DNA of 64,000 nt from a virus (IMGVR_UViG_3300021387_000091:69979-133978), one strand, 5' to 3'; shown: positions 1 through 10,770, counted from the first letter of the stretch. Notes: a model not told the origin generated them from the sequence alone. A program made the numbers and translations.

Positions 1-630
1 CAACTTACATTTACAGCAGATAATTGCAACCGTTCGGCTAAAACACCAATATCTGTGCCAATTCCATATTCTTCCGTGTATTTATATTTTGCCATAATAG
101 GCGTTGCTTCTTGAAGCCATAATTCGGATGTAGAATAAATACAATTAGTATATGTAATTAAATCAGAATTACCATGTCTATCAGCTTGTACAAAATAAGA
201 AACATCACAGAAAAAATCAATATTATCTGCTGCTGCATCTGCACCTAAAAATCCAATTTCTTCTTCTGTTGTAAAACATACTTTAAGATCTGGAATTTCT
301 TTTAACAATTGTAGTGCAACACAGATACCATTTACATCATCCATACCAAGGCCTATTTGTTTGCCATTAACAGGGTTTTTACCAAATATTTTACCATTTT
401 TAATTTTTACAGCCTTGTTAGCATGTGGTTTGACACAATCTGTATGTGCAACAACACATGGATAATAATCAGGATTTGTTGTATTCTTTGTTATAAATAT
501 ATTAGAATAAGAATCCATTGAAAACTCAAGATCACCTATTTTATAGCATTCATTAATTATTGCAGATAACATAGGCCATTCTTGTTTAGATGGATGATCT
601 ATTACTAATAATCTCTTAAGTAAATTTAAA
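1..630 (-). CDS. M42/M20-family metallopeptidase-like protein (N-terminal part; gene runs off window start)
   Basis: Uninterrupted minus-strand frame from ATG at 630 to window edge; motifs HTD, GMDDxxG, EEEIGFLGA resemble M42 aminopeptidase metal-binding motifs. Confidence 0.5.
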
Positions 631-631
631 T

Positions 632-2512
632 CTAGTTTCATAATGATAATTGTTGACAATTTAATTTGTCAATAATTTTATAAACTTCGTGTATATAATA
701 TTGATAATTTATATGGCGTTCTGAAATATCTTTATTATCAAATGTATTGTATAATGTTACAGCAGAATCCGAACACAAATTTGTAATTCTTTCTCTAACA
801 TCACCGTTTAACTTATATTTCATTAATCTTTTTCCATTAGTAGACATATAATATCTATTAATGTGTCTAACTTCTTGACCTCCATATTCTACGTGAAAAT
901 CTTTAGCGACCTTTTGAAATGTGCAAAATTTCAGAATATCATTACAAGATTTAATTGTAATTTCAGGATCAATATCCTCAACAAAATATTTATTTAGAGC
1001 CTCCGGAATTATTAAAGGCGCTAAACCCTTTCCAAGTTGAGGTTCATCAATAAACATTCCTTTCTTTTTTATAAGATTAGGATTCTTAGATTCACTTCAA
1101 CCCTTTTTTACGCCAATATAATCATTAATTGCATATTGATAAAACCGTTCAAATTCCTCACGTTCCAATTCCAATCCGGTGAGTTTTTCTCACCAATCTT
1201 TTACTTCATTTACTTTTGGAATTAAAGATTTATTTATTGTATAACACAATCCATCTGTATTTGATTGAACAATTTTACCACCAGCAAGAGCAATGCTTTC
1301 TGCGTACATTAATAATAGTAATTGACCATTAATTCTAATTCTTAAGACCGCTTTTGGATCATATACTCAAGAGAATTCAGATTGAAGATTTCCGGTTAAA
1401 CCATTAATTGCAAGTTTTAGTGTTTCATTCTTTAATTTATTACCGCTTCTCTTGGCTTCAATTCTTTCATCACGAATGTTTTTATAAATTCTAACAAAAG
1501 CTTCGCCCAAATGTTGCGGGAATATGTTATTCTGAATAATAATTGACGGATATAGCGACGCAACATCGTCGTCAAATATCGCAATATCATCATCAGCTTT
1601 AAATATTTCTGGAACATTAACACTATGCAATCCACCCATTCCAAATGTGTGTTCAACACCATTTAAAAAGAATTTTCTTTCAAAAGAATTATCGTTTGGA
1701 TCGGCGCAATGTTGTTTTAAATCATCAAGAAGTTGTTTTAATTCTGGAGTTTTAAATTCAATGTATGGAAATATAATTTCTCCAAAACACAAATTATCAC
1801 AAGGGCTTCTTAAATCTTTAATTTGATTTCATGTTAATCCTGTTTCTTTAAGATATCTATCTTTAAGAATTTCCATTCCAAGATTAACTCCATCTTTATT
1901 CATTACATCTATACCATATTCTTCTTCAATTGCAATTCTTAAATCAATGTCCTTTTTACATCTAGTTAAGAATTCTTCAGTACTTTCAACATCATTAAGA
2001 TTATATGCGTTTTCTTTATCAATATCTGACTCTGGCAATGGTGCATCAAAATCACCATCATATTCTTCAACATTTTTATAATTCATTGTTACTTGAAGTG
2101 CTTTTAAACTAGGTCTTAGTTTTTTAGACCATTTCATAGCCAATAAATCTAAATCATTATAAAGATTTGCATATTTATATTTACTTCAAGAAGCAGATGT
2201 TGTTGAATTAATAATTAAATCACTAAACTGTTTAAGCTCCATTGTTATTACTCAAACAGGTTTAGTAATTAAGCGTTTATAATTAATTAAAATATAAGAT
2301 ATAATTGGTTTATCATAATGTAAACTATTATAACCTACAAAATATATATCTTTTCATAAAAACAATCTTGCTATTTTCGGCATATCGTTTCTTCGATTAG
2401 ATATTTCGTATGTAGCATGATTACCAGATTCAGTATTTTTAATAGTAACACTAAAATAATTTACAAATACTTCAATATCATATACAAACGCTGGTAAATT
2501 TTTAATCAGCAT
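632..2512 (-). CDS. polB: Family B DNA polymerase, read through 8 in-frame TGA codons
   Basis: ORFs 638-1057, 1367-1792, 1829-2143 plus upstream segment share one frame and are separated only by TGA (2354, 2252, 2186, 1829, 1367, 1190, 1097, 638); YDIEVF (Exo I), FVGYNSLHYD (Exo II), DxxSLYPSII (motif A), NTDG (motif C); ATG 2510-2512, TAG stop 632-634. Confidence 0.8.
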
Positions 2513-3338
2513 TTAAACTTATACCCTTTTGTGATGCTACTAATTCTAGTTTCTCTTTAAGAGATTCCCACTTTTGTATATGATATTCTAGATCTTGATC
2601 CAAAAGAAGTAAAATCTTATCTCGAAGCAAAGTAATAACATCAGTAGTCATAGTAGAGAACTTTGGACGGCTCTCTATTCTTAGAAGAGAACGAAACTCT
2701 CCATATGTTAAACCTTTAGAGTTAAAATGAATTTCTACATTAGGATTAAGAAAAAGACGCTCTTTAATAACATCTTTCCTATTTCTAAATTTTCCATTTG
2801 CGTCATAATCGGTTAAATCTTTTTTCTCTTGATCTGTCAGTCATATTCCAAGAGAAAGAATAAATTTATCAGATAATAGCTTTTTATTAAATGCAGGTAG
2901 TGCATCCAAACAAGCTGAAAGCAAATAATCAATTGTGATTCTTCCATACCCTTCTGATAATCCAGAAAAAATCTTTGAAACAGGATCAGAATTACTAATA
3001 TTATTTGCTTGCTTATGAGCACTTATATAATCGAGCAGATCTTTATTTGTTTTAAGACCCTCAACATTACAATCATATAAAATATGACGAAGTAACAATT
3101 CTGTGTTTGCACAATCCCACATTTTTCTTACTTGGTCACGCTTTCTTTGTACGCCAGGATGATAAGGATCTTTATTATTAAGCATTTCCAACACATGAGA
3201 ATATGCATGCTGAAGTTGTTCTGGAGTTAAATCCATCATTCGCACTTCTTTCCCATTTGACATTTTTCATACCCAACGATTAATATCGTTTTCCCTATCA
3301 TCAAACGCTTTAGTTAATTTATCTGCTAAATCACTCAT
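2502..3338 (-). CDS. hypothetical protein (2 in-frame TGA)
   Basis: ORF 2841-3263 extends through TGA at 3267 and 2841; ATG 3336-3338, TAA 2502-2504. Confidence 0.5.
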
Positions 3339-3341
3339 AAT

Positions 3342-3653
3342 CTAAAAATTAAAATCTTTTTTGTTTATTATTTGTTGTTGTTTTATAAAATTAATTAGGT
3401 AACATACAGTATAGTTATATATTTCCTTACTACCCGTAGACGGTTTATAATAACATTCGCCTGCATTTACATATTCACATTCAATATATCCAGTATCACC
3501 AATTTGTGGTTTATCGCAGTTTCAATTTGGAGCTAAGGTTGTGGTAATATATCTTAGCAGGCTATTATTTTGTTCATCTAAATTCTTAAATACATATATT
3601 GTATATTGACCTGGTTGTATGGCTACTACTTCTCCAAAGTATGTTGTTCGCAT
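3342..3653 (-). CDS. hypothetical small protein (1 in-frame TGA)
   Basis: Manual translation from ATG 3651-3653 to TAG 3342-3344; absent from track because of TGA. Confidence 0.3.
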
Positions 3654-4138
3654 AACGTTAATACATCGGCATTGTTTTTAACGGCCGCTAGTGCTCTACA
3701 ACATATATGATCAATAGTATCCAACTTTTTTAAAAGATAATGGAAGTTATACCAATCTTTATCTCCAAAAGCAATATCAATTAAACTTATTAACTTACTT
3801 TCAAAGGTATCTTCCATATCAGATAGCATTTTAAACGGAGTTACTGTGTCATCAAAAGATATAATTCCGGGAATAGTAAATTCTGGAACAGCGGCACTAT
3901 TTTTTATTAATTGTTCAATTAAACAATGCTTTATTTCTTCGCAGGATTTATATAAAGTTTTAAAAAACTTTTTATTGTTAATTAAACCATTTTCACAAAA
4001 ATAGAATTTAGCCGAACTAATTAAAGCTAATTTATCTATTTCAAACTGAATTAAATCTATAAAACCTTTATAAAGGCTTAATGACATTTTTCCTTGTTCG
4101 TTGCTTTGTTCTTCTTGGTTGGTCTTGAATTTCATCAT
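3626..4138 (-). CDS. hypothetical protein
   Basis: ORF track 3626-4141; ATG at 4136-4138, TAG stop. Confidence 0.55.
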   Translation of the reverse strand: MMKFKTNQEEQSNEQGKMSLSLYKGFIDLIQFEIDKLALISSAKFYFCENGLINNKKFFKTLYKSCEEIKHCLIEQLIKNSAAVPEFTIPGIISFDDTVTPFKMLSDMEDTFESKLISLIDIAFGDKDWYNFHYLLKKLDTIDHICCRALAAVKNNADVLTLCEQHTLEK

Positions 4139-4263
4139 CAAGTTGCATTATTGTAAAATATGAACCATTTTTAGAATAGTTAAATTTACGTACAATTTTA
4201 TCTGATTCAAACTCTTTTGAGTCAACTAGATGATAATACTTTAATCCATCTACCTTATCTCAT

Positions 4264-4701
4264 TTATATTGTTCAATTACGTATTTCAATTATATAATAA
4301 GTTTTATGAAAATTAGTATTATATTGACGTTCTATTAAACTATACATATCATCTGAAATTGAAAATTCATGATCTCTAACCATAAATCTTATTTCAAGAC
4401 TATCAGAAGTTGTAAAATATTTTAATAAATCATCATCGTTTATAAATATAGTATTATCATAAACTATACTGTAAACTTCATTTAGTTCTATTTCTAATTC
4501 ACCTCGTTTATAAGTATCGTATAAATCAAATACTTTACAAAGTTTATCATTAAATGCAATATCCTCTGGATCTAAATGATCTAAATCAGCATACCATTTA
4601 TTTCCAAGTCGTTTTGCTTTAATTCTATAGTCCATATATCTTTTGGTAAATTGTAACACTGTGCTGCAAATGTACATCATTTGTCAGCTTCCTCGTTTCA
4701 T
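4264..4701 (-). CDS. hypothetical protein (TGA-containing)
   Basis: ORF 4273-4680 extended through TGA at 4684 and 4273; TAA stop 4264-4266. Confidence 0.45.
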
Positions 4702-5026
4702 CTATTATTATTATGACCTTTTACTCACTGCATTGTAACATTATGTTTTGATAATAATTCAACTAACTCAAATCATAAATCTAAGTTTTTCTTAGTTAAA
4801 TCATTATTTTTTATTCAAGATTCAGCAGAACCTGTAACAATGCTTTGAACCACATATTGAGAATCGGAAATAATTGTTAAGTTGCATCTTTCTTTAAAAT
4901 ATTTTAAAGTTTCAATTACAGCTTTTATTTCCATTCTATTATTTGTTGTATCGGTCATACCCTGATAAAGTCTAGCAATTACATTTTCATTTTCATCTAA
5001 AATGATGCTTGCTCAACCTCCAGCAT

Positions 5027-5389
5027 TTAAACTTGCTTGATAGGATCCATCTGTATAGCAAATAAATCTTTGCATTGTTCTGTAAGATATTGTATAATAT
5101 AACAAAAAGCCTCTTGATCCGATTTATCCAATCCAACATCTTCCATTAGATCAAATGTAGCATGACACAATTCATGAACCAAAACACTAACATCAGAACC
5201 AGATTGCATTCAAATTCAAGAAGTACAACAATAATGCATACAAATAGCATCTGTAATATCTGGATTAAATGTTGCTTCATCTAATCCTTCTATATCTTTT
5301 AAATAATCTTGAAATTCATATGGATCTCCTATCAAAATATAAACAGATTGTCTATAAATTGGAATTTTAATTTCGTGAATCAGTAACAT
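5027..5389 (-). CDS. SprT/Wss1-like zinc metalloprotease (HExxH), 2 in-frame TGA
   Basis: ORF 5027-5209 contains HELCH motif; frame continues upstream through TGA 5210 and 5216 to ATG 5387-5389. Confidence 0.45.
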
Positions 5390-5603
5390 CTGCTTTTTGG
5401 TAATCTACATATGGTGCAAGTTGATACGCTGTAAATTGTCCAAATAATTCTCCTTTATTAGAATCTATTGCTTTATTAATTAACTCAAACAATTCATCAG
5501 GATTTTCAGTTTCAATATATCCTTTTAAACTAACTTGATACACCGTAAATTCGTTTTGTTTCATTTTCAAATATTTCACTAACATATTTTTGTGAAATAT
5601 CAT
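5367..5603 (-). CDS. hypothetical protein
   Basis: ORF track; TAA stop; overlaps neighbours in other frames. Confidence 0.35.
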   Translation of the reverse strand: MIFHKNMLVKYLKMKQNEFTVYQVSLKGYIETENPDELFELINKAIDSNKGELFGQFTAYQLAPYVDYQKADVTDSRN

Positions 5604-5889
5604 GAATCTCTTGCATATTGGAAATTTCTACAGTTGCGTATGGTTTCTTAAGAGCTCTTGCCATTGCAATTTTTTGTCCAATTTTCTTTACATACTGATC
5701 TTTATGAGAACAAGTGGCAAAACCAATAGATAGTTTAGTTCCATCAAGAATTGTACAAATTATAACCCTTGGAAGATTTTTAACAAAACTAGAACCTGGA
5801 AACTTATATAGTATGTTTCCATTTACATCTGAAACAAAGTATCCGGATCTAATTTGCTGAGGAGCAGAATAATAATATTTAATTCCCAT
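5530..5889 (-). CDS. hypothetical protein
   Basis: ORF track; ATG 5887-5889; TAG stop. Confidence 0.5.
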   Translation of the reverse strand: MGIKYYYSAPQQIRSGYFVSDVNGNILYKFPGSSFVKNLPRVIICTILDGTKLSIGFATCSHKDQYVKKIGQKIAMARALKKPYATVEISNMQEIHDISQKYVSEIFENETKRIYGVSS

Positions 5890-6274
5890 CTTTAAATAAT
5901 TTTTTATAAAATTTTAATATTAGATAAATAACAAAAGTCATGATTAAGCTTTCAATAATAAAACCTAATCCGATAAGACATCCAAGTGATGCTAGACACC
6001 ACATTAATATAGCGGTAGTTATATTAGCAATTTTATCTGAGTCTCTTTTAAACATCAAACCAGCGCCAATAAAACCAACTCCGGAAACAACTTGTGCCAC
6101 AATTCTAGATGGATCGCCACCAACTCTAACTGATATATATGAGAAAATAAAAGCACCAAGCATTATTAGTGTAACAGATCTTACACCAACAATTCCATGT
6201 GTCTTCTGTCTTTCCAATCCAATTAGAATTCCGGATAAAAGTAAAATTAATAAGCTAAATAAAAACTTAACCAT
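5879..6274 (-). CDS. MgtC/SapB-family membrane protein
   Basis: Multi-TM protein with GLERQ...GVRS...GAGLMF pattern typical of MgtC family. Confidence 0.65.
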   Translation of the reverse strand: MVKFLFSLLILLLSGILIGLERQKTHGIVGVRSVTLIMLGAFIFSYISVRVGGDPSRIVAQVVSGVGFIGAGLMFKRDSDKIANITTAILMWCLASLGCLIGLGFIIESLIMTFVIYLILKFYKKLFKDGN

Positions 6275-6278
6275 TTAT

Positions 6279-6980
6279 CTATAAGTCTAAATATAAAACT
6301 GGATACTCAATTTTATAATCTTCATTTAAAACACTAACACAATAAACATCTGTTTTATCGAGAATTTCTTTATTATGATTAGATGAATGAAGATGGCCGT
6401 GAATATTTATTTTTGGAGATTTTTCTAAAATAGCATCTCTTAAAGCAACATTTCCAATATGTTCAGGATTTCTTCCCCATTTAGTCCAATCAAAACACAT
6501 ATCCGATGTACCATATGGCGCATCATGTGTTAATAATATGTCACAATCTTTAGGAATATAAGAATAAAGTTTATTTAAATTTTCTTGGTCTTTCATAAAA
6601 GCCCAATTTCCAAATATCTTACACCACGGTGTACCGTAAATAGTAATGCCGTTAAAATTATATAATGAATCCTCTAAATAAATAGTCCTATTATTTGTTT
6701 TATCTTGAATATATTTTGCTATTTCAAATCGTCCATCTTCAAGTTTTTGCCATCCAACTTCATGATTACCAGCTATCCATAAAACAACACTGTTTTCGTC
6801 TTTATATGGTAAAGAATTGACCCAATCAACAAAAGTTGTAATATACCATGACATTGTATCATGTTGATTCCGCTGATAATTTAAATCAACATTATCTCCA
6901 GCAACTAATAATAAATCAAAAGATTCCTTTATCTCTGGCAATAAACCGTGACTATCCGAAAATGCAGCCAATTTAATCAT
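6279..6980 (-). CDS. calcineurin-like metallophosphoesterase
   Basis: DSHG, GDNVD, GNHE motifs. Confidence 0.75.
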   Translation of the reverse strand: MIKLAAFSDSHGLLPEIKESFDLLLVAGDNVDLNYQRNQHDTMSWYITTFVDWVNSLPYKDENSVVLWIAGNHEVGWQKLEDGRFEIAKYIQDKTNNRTIYLEDSLYNFNGITIYGTPWCKIFGNWAFMKDQENLNKLYSYIPKDCDILLTHDAPYGTSDMCFDWTKWGRNPEHIGNVALRDAILEKSPKINIHGHLHSSNHNKEILDKTDVYCVSVLNEDYKIEYPVLYLDL

Positions 6981-8565
6981 ATTGTTTAAATATATCTTTT
7001 TCTATAACAACACAATTTGTAGAAATAAACATGTTTAAAACACTAATAGCATTTTCAAAAGCAAGTCTATCAGCTTTTGTTGGATTTATAATTCCACTTT
7101 TTAAGAAATCTACATATTTTTCTGAATTAGCATCCCAAGAAATATTATCTTTAGGAAATACATTTTTTCCAATTTCTTTAGGATCAAATCCAGCATTTGT
7201 TACAATTGTATCAAATATAGATGTTAATGCTAAATTTACAATATCAATACCTTGTTGTTCTCCTTCTGATTCTGACTTTGGCATATCTAGAAATGCTTTC
7301 ATAAAAGTTAAGCCACCACCAGGAACAATTCCTTCTTCTAGTGCAGCTTTTGTAGCACAAACAGCATCATCAATACGATCTTTCTTTTCTCGCATTTCTA
7401 ATTCTGATGTTGCTCCAACTTTAATAACACCTATTCCGCCAACTAATCTTGCAATTCGTTCTTTATAATACTTTTGCAAAGTTTCTTCACTATCTTGAAG
7501 TTTAGAAAGAAGTCCTTTTAATTCTAAAACTCTAGCCTTAATTATATCAACAGTACCATTACCATGTAATAGAGTTGTTGTATCTTTTGTAACTACAACT
7601 TTACCACACAAACCTAACATATCTCCTGTTACTTTAGATAACTCAATACCATTATCATAAGTTGCTAATTTAGCTCCAGTTAAAATTGCAATATCTTCTA
7701 ATATACCTTTTCTATAATCTCCAAATGAAGGGGCTTTAACAAGACAACATTTAATATTACCCTGAATATGATTTAATCTCATATTCTGAATAACTTCGTC
7801 GTCATAATCTTGTGCAATAATTAGTAATGGTTTGTTATTTTTTGCCGCATATTCGGCGGCGGGAATAATTTCTCTAGTAAGCTGAACTTTTTGATCTGTA
7901 ACAAGAATTAAACAATTTTCTAAAACAGATTCAGACTTATTTCTATCTGTTATAAACCAATGTGAAACAAATCCTCTTTCAAATTGCATACCGTTTATAA
8001 TATCAATAGTTGTCTGATTGTTAGCTGATTCTTCAACTGTTATAATTCCATCCAATCCAATCTTCTTAAAAGCAGATGCAACTAATTCTCCAATTTCAGA
8101 ATCTCCATTTGCAGAAATAGTAGCAATTTTTGAAACATCAGATTCATTAATAGGAATAGACGATTCATTAATTGTTTTATTAACAAAATCTTCCGCTATT
8201 TTAATTCCTCTTTTCAAATCTGATATATTTTTGATACCAGATTTATATTTAGCGTAAGCCTGTTCAACCATACTAAATGCTAATACAGTTGAAGTGGTTG
8301 TAGCATCACCAACAGATCTAACTGTATTTAATGCTGCTTGCCTTAGTAATGTAGCACCAACATTTTCATATTTATCTTCAAGAAAAATATTCTTTGCAAC
8401 AGTAACTCCATCTTTTGTTACATGAGGAAGTCCGTTATTATAATCATCTAATATTACGCATTGACCTTTTGGACCAAGTGTTGAACCAACAGCTTTTGCT
8501 AATATAGACATACCTTTTAATAAACTTCCTTTTGCAGAACTATCAAACTTTAACTCTTTTGCCAT
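6973..8565 (-). CDS. groL: chaperonin GroEL (Cpn60)
   Basis: 530 aa; MAKELKFD...GPKG...DGVTVAK N-terminus and overall Cpn60 pattern; no TGA. Confidence 0.9.
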   Translation of the reverse strand: MAKELKFDSSAKGSLLKGMSILAKAVGSTLGPKGQCVILDDYNNGLPHVTKDGVTVAKNIFLEDKYENVGATLLRQAALNTVRSVGDATTTSTVLAFSMVEQAYAKYKSGIKNISDLKRGIKIAEDFVNKTINESSIPINESDVSKIATISANGDSEIGELVASAFKKIGLDGIITVEESANNQTTIDIINGMQFERGFVSHWFITDRNKSESVLENCLILVTDQKVQLTREIIPAAEYAAKNNKPLLIIAQDYDDEVIQNMRLNHIQGNIKCCLVKAPSFGDYRKGILEDIAILTGAKLATYDNGIELSKVTGDMLGLCGKVVVTKDTTTLLHGNGTVDIIKARVLELKGLLSKLQDSEETLQKYYKERIARLVGGIGVIKVGATSELEMREKKDRIDDAVCATKAALEEGIVPGGGLTFMKAFLDMPKSESEGEQQGIDIVNLALTSIFDTIVTNAGFDPKEIGKNVFPKDNISWDANSEKYVDFLKSGIINPTKADRLAFENAISVLNMFISTNCVVIEKDIFKQYD

Positions 8566-9672
8566 TTAAAATCCAATTTTATTTGTTCTCTTTTTCTCTC
8601 CATACTCAGTTTTATCCGCATTATATATTTCAGCAAGAGTCATAGGCTTAATTTCAGTGAGACCTAAATTATATTTTTCATTTAAAGTTTCAACTTTATC
8701 TTTAGTTAACTCTTTAAACTCATACTTTGCATAGCATCTTCCTTTACGAAGTAAAGCTTGGTCAATATCCTTAACGTTTGCATTAAATGTGCAAATAAAT
8801 TTAATATTCATAATATCTGATAGTAAACCATCAGACATATTAAGAATGTTACTAATTGCACCATTAAACATATTAACGCTTCTATCAGTTAATACTTGTT
8901 CGCAGTCTTCAAGAATAAAAACAGAATTTGCATTATCAATCATAAAAGATACAAAATCAGGATCTCCTAATCTACTAGTTAAAGAAGTTGGAACAATTAT
9001 ATAGTTTTTAGGGTATTTATCGCATAAATGTCTCAATAAAGAACTTTTGCCAGTTCCAGGAGAACCATAAAACAATACAAGACCGCTTTCCCTAGAATCT
9101 AGAAACGTAATTAAATCTTTATAAACAGGCATAAAATCATCATTATACGTTTCATTGATATTTATATCAACTTTTTTTATTTTAGATTCTATAGTATAAT
9201 AAGATCCATCCGAATATCCAACAAGATTTGCTGTTGCTTCTTTAGACTCCTTAACTCTTTTAGGCAAACCATCCCATATTTGTTTTAACAGCTCTTCTAT
9301 TTCCGATTCTGTATGTTCTTCTGGAAAATATTTCACAGATATAGAATTAAGATCTATAACAAATATATACTCGTTAGATGTAATAACATTAATAGCAGAA
9401 CCAGAATCGGATATATTTAATGTTGTACCATTAGAATATTCTTGATCTGTAGCACCACCAACAAGACTGTACTTACTTGTTGTTCTCTTAATAAAACTTA
9501 TATCCGGAATTAAACTATACAAAACTTCAGATGTAATTTTTTCTAGATCGCAATGTTTTTCCTCTTCGTTAAAAGTAAGCATTAAAGAATTAGGTACACA
9601 ATTGTACTTAAAAACAAAATATTTAGAAGCAATAAAAACACCGCTTTCAGTGAAACAATCGATTAACTCCAT
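8566..9672 (-). CDS. AAA-family ATPase
   Basis: Walker A GSPGTGKS, Walker B ILEDCE, sensor-2 LLRKGR; immediately upstream of GroEL. Confidence 0.75.
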   Translation of the reverse strand: MELIDCFTESGVFIASKYFVFKYNCVPNSLMLTFNEEEKHCDLEKITSEVLYSLIPDISFIKRTTSKYSLVGGATDQEYSNGTTLNISDSGSAINVITSNEYIFVIDLNSISVKYFPEEHTESEIEELLKQIWDGLPKRVKESKEATANLVGYSDGSYYTIESKIKKVDININETYNDDFMPVYKDLITFLDSRESGLVLFYGSPGTGKSSLLRHLCDKYPKNYIIVPTSLTSRLGDPDFVSFMIDNANSVFILEDCEQVLTDRSVNMFNGAISNILNMSDGLLSDIMNIKFICTFNANVKDIDQALLRKGRCYAKYEFKELTKDKVETLNEKYNLGLTEIKPMTLAEIYNADKTEYGEKKRTNKIGF

Positions 9673-9833
9673 AATTTCTTAATATAAATAAATAAACAAA
9701 TCCAGTTTATAATAGGTACTAAACACAATAATGCCATAAACTGCGGATAATTAAAATACCCACGTTTATAACATTCATTCATTAAAATAAATGATAAAAG
9801 CATGGGTATGGTATAAATAAATAATATTTCCAT
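9663..9833 (-). CDS. small membrane protein
   Basis: ORF 9663-9860 trimmed to ATG at 9833 to avoid tRNA-Asp; two hydrophobic segments. Confidence 0.3.
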   Translation of the reverse strand: MEILFIYTIPMLLSFILMNECYKRGYFNYPQFMALLCLVPIINWICLFIYIKKLWS

Positions 9834-9835
9834 AG

Positions 9836-9911
9836 CGGTGTATATGGGATTTGAACCCATGATCTTTAGCGTGACAAGCTAACATCCTAGACCAGACTGA
9901 ACGAATACACC
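9836..9911 (-). tRNA. tRNA-Asp(GTC)
   Basis: Manual cloverleaf: acceptor GGTGTAT/ATACACC, anticodon arm TTAGC-TTGTCAC-GCTAA, T-arm ATGGG-TTCAAAT-CCCAT. Confidence 0.85.
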
Positions 9912-9921
9912 ATCTCTTTCT

Positions 9922-10137
9922 TTATTTCTTGGAAAATAAATACTTATAAAGCTTATATATTCCAAAACCTTCAGCGCAAATATTAACTCCGGCAACCCAA
10001 CCATAAAAACTTCCAATTGCTTTAAGAGCAACAGCGTTTCATACTCCAGCTGCAGAAATAATAGCGACCATAGCTAAAAGTATTAAACTAGCAACTTTAC
10101 CAAACGTAATTAATGTTTCTTTATTAGCTTCAGTCAT
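9922..10137 (-). CDS. small 2-TM protein with charged C-terminus (holin-like), 1 TGA
   Basis: Manual translation MTEANKETLITFGKVASLILLAMVAIISAAGV(W)NAVALKAIGSFYGWVAGV...KLYKYLFSKK. Confidence 0.3.
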
Positions 10138-10209
10138 ATAAAATACAAGTTTAAATTAATCAAATCTCTAAAAATTGTGATTCTATAGAATCAACATCTA
10201 AATTATTAG

Positions 10210-10302
10210 CAGGGGCTGCAGGACTCGAACCCACATATCCGGTTTTGGAGACCGGCGTTGGCGGTTTTGAAGACCGCTGTGTTACCATTACACCAAACCC
10301 CT
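10210..10302 (-). tRNA. suppressor tRNA, anticodon UCA (reads UGA); tRNA-Trp-derived with tandem duplicated anticodon arm
   Basis: 93 nt: AGGGGTT TG GTGT AATGGTA ACAC A GCGGT-CTTCAAA-ACCGC CAACG CCGGT-CTCCAAA-ACCGG ATAT GTGGG-TTCGAGT-CCTGC AGCCCCT G; second hairpin equals E. coli tRNA-Trp anticodon arm (CCA). Confidence 0.8.
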
Positions 10303-10372
10303 ATAAAATGATACTTATTTAAAAATGATCCACAGTCATTCGCGTAAACCATTCCGCCAATTCGCCAAAATG

Positions 10373-10400
10373 TCGGCAAATGTGGGACTCGAACCCACAA
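10373..10400 (-). pseudogene. tRNA 3' fragment (T-arm plus acceptor strand)
   Basis: GTGGGTTCGAGTCCCACATTTGCC has no matching 5' half; near-copy of the suppressor tRNA T-arm. Confidence 0.4.
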
Positions 10401-10434
10401 TTTATTTTAATTTTGTAAGTATCATAAGATTGTT

Positions 10435-10770
10435 TTAATTTATTAATTTACGACGATACGCAATAGTTGTAAATGCTTCATATTCATTTACACTAGGTAT
10501 TATATCTGTATCACTCCAAATCATCATTTCAGAATAAAGTTCATATCCAGCTGTTACTCCAACAAATCCATCTTCTAACATATAAACGTTAGTTGCAACA
10601 GAAAACCATCTATAGCTATGGATGTTTTGGCAATTAGAAACACATTTAATTTCTTCCCAATCATCTGGATACTCTGTAGAAAAAGCATCTTCAAATTCTG
10701 ACAAAGAATTAATGGAATAAAGAGTTAATAAATTCTTGAACTTTTCAATGAATTGATTAATTGATATCAT
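10435..10770 (-). CDS. hypothetical protein
   Basis: ORF track; TAA stop. Confidence 0.55.
   Translation of the reverse strand: MISINQFIEKFKNLLTLYSINSLSEFEDAFSTEYPDDWEEIKCVSNCQNIHSYRWFSVATNVYMLEDGFVGVTAGYELYSEMMIWSDTDIIPSVNEYEAFTTIAYRRKLIN

Noticed and set aside
7031-8257. Plus-strand ORFs 7031-7468 and 8018-8257 (and similar antisense ORFs 5940-6284, 11430-11672, 21032-21235, 27180-27368)
   Set aside because: They lie entirely antisense within well-supported genes (GroEL, MgtC, GuaC-like, vWA); products are low-complexity.
10210-10302. Suppressor tRNA as tRNA-Sec, or TGA read as Ser or Gly
   Set aside because: Acceptor stem is 7 bp and D-stem 4 bp (not the 8/5 or 9/4 Sec geometry); no selA/selB/SECIS context; acceptor and second hairpin match tRNA-Trp, not Ser or Gly.
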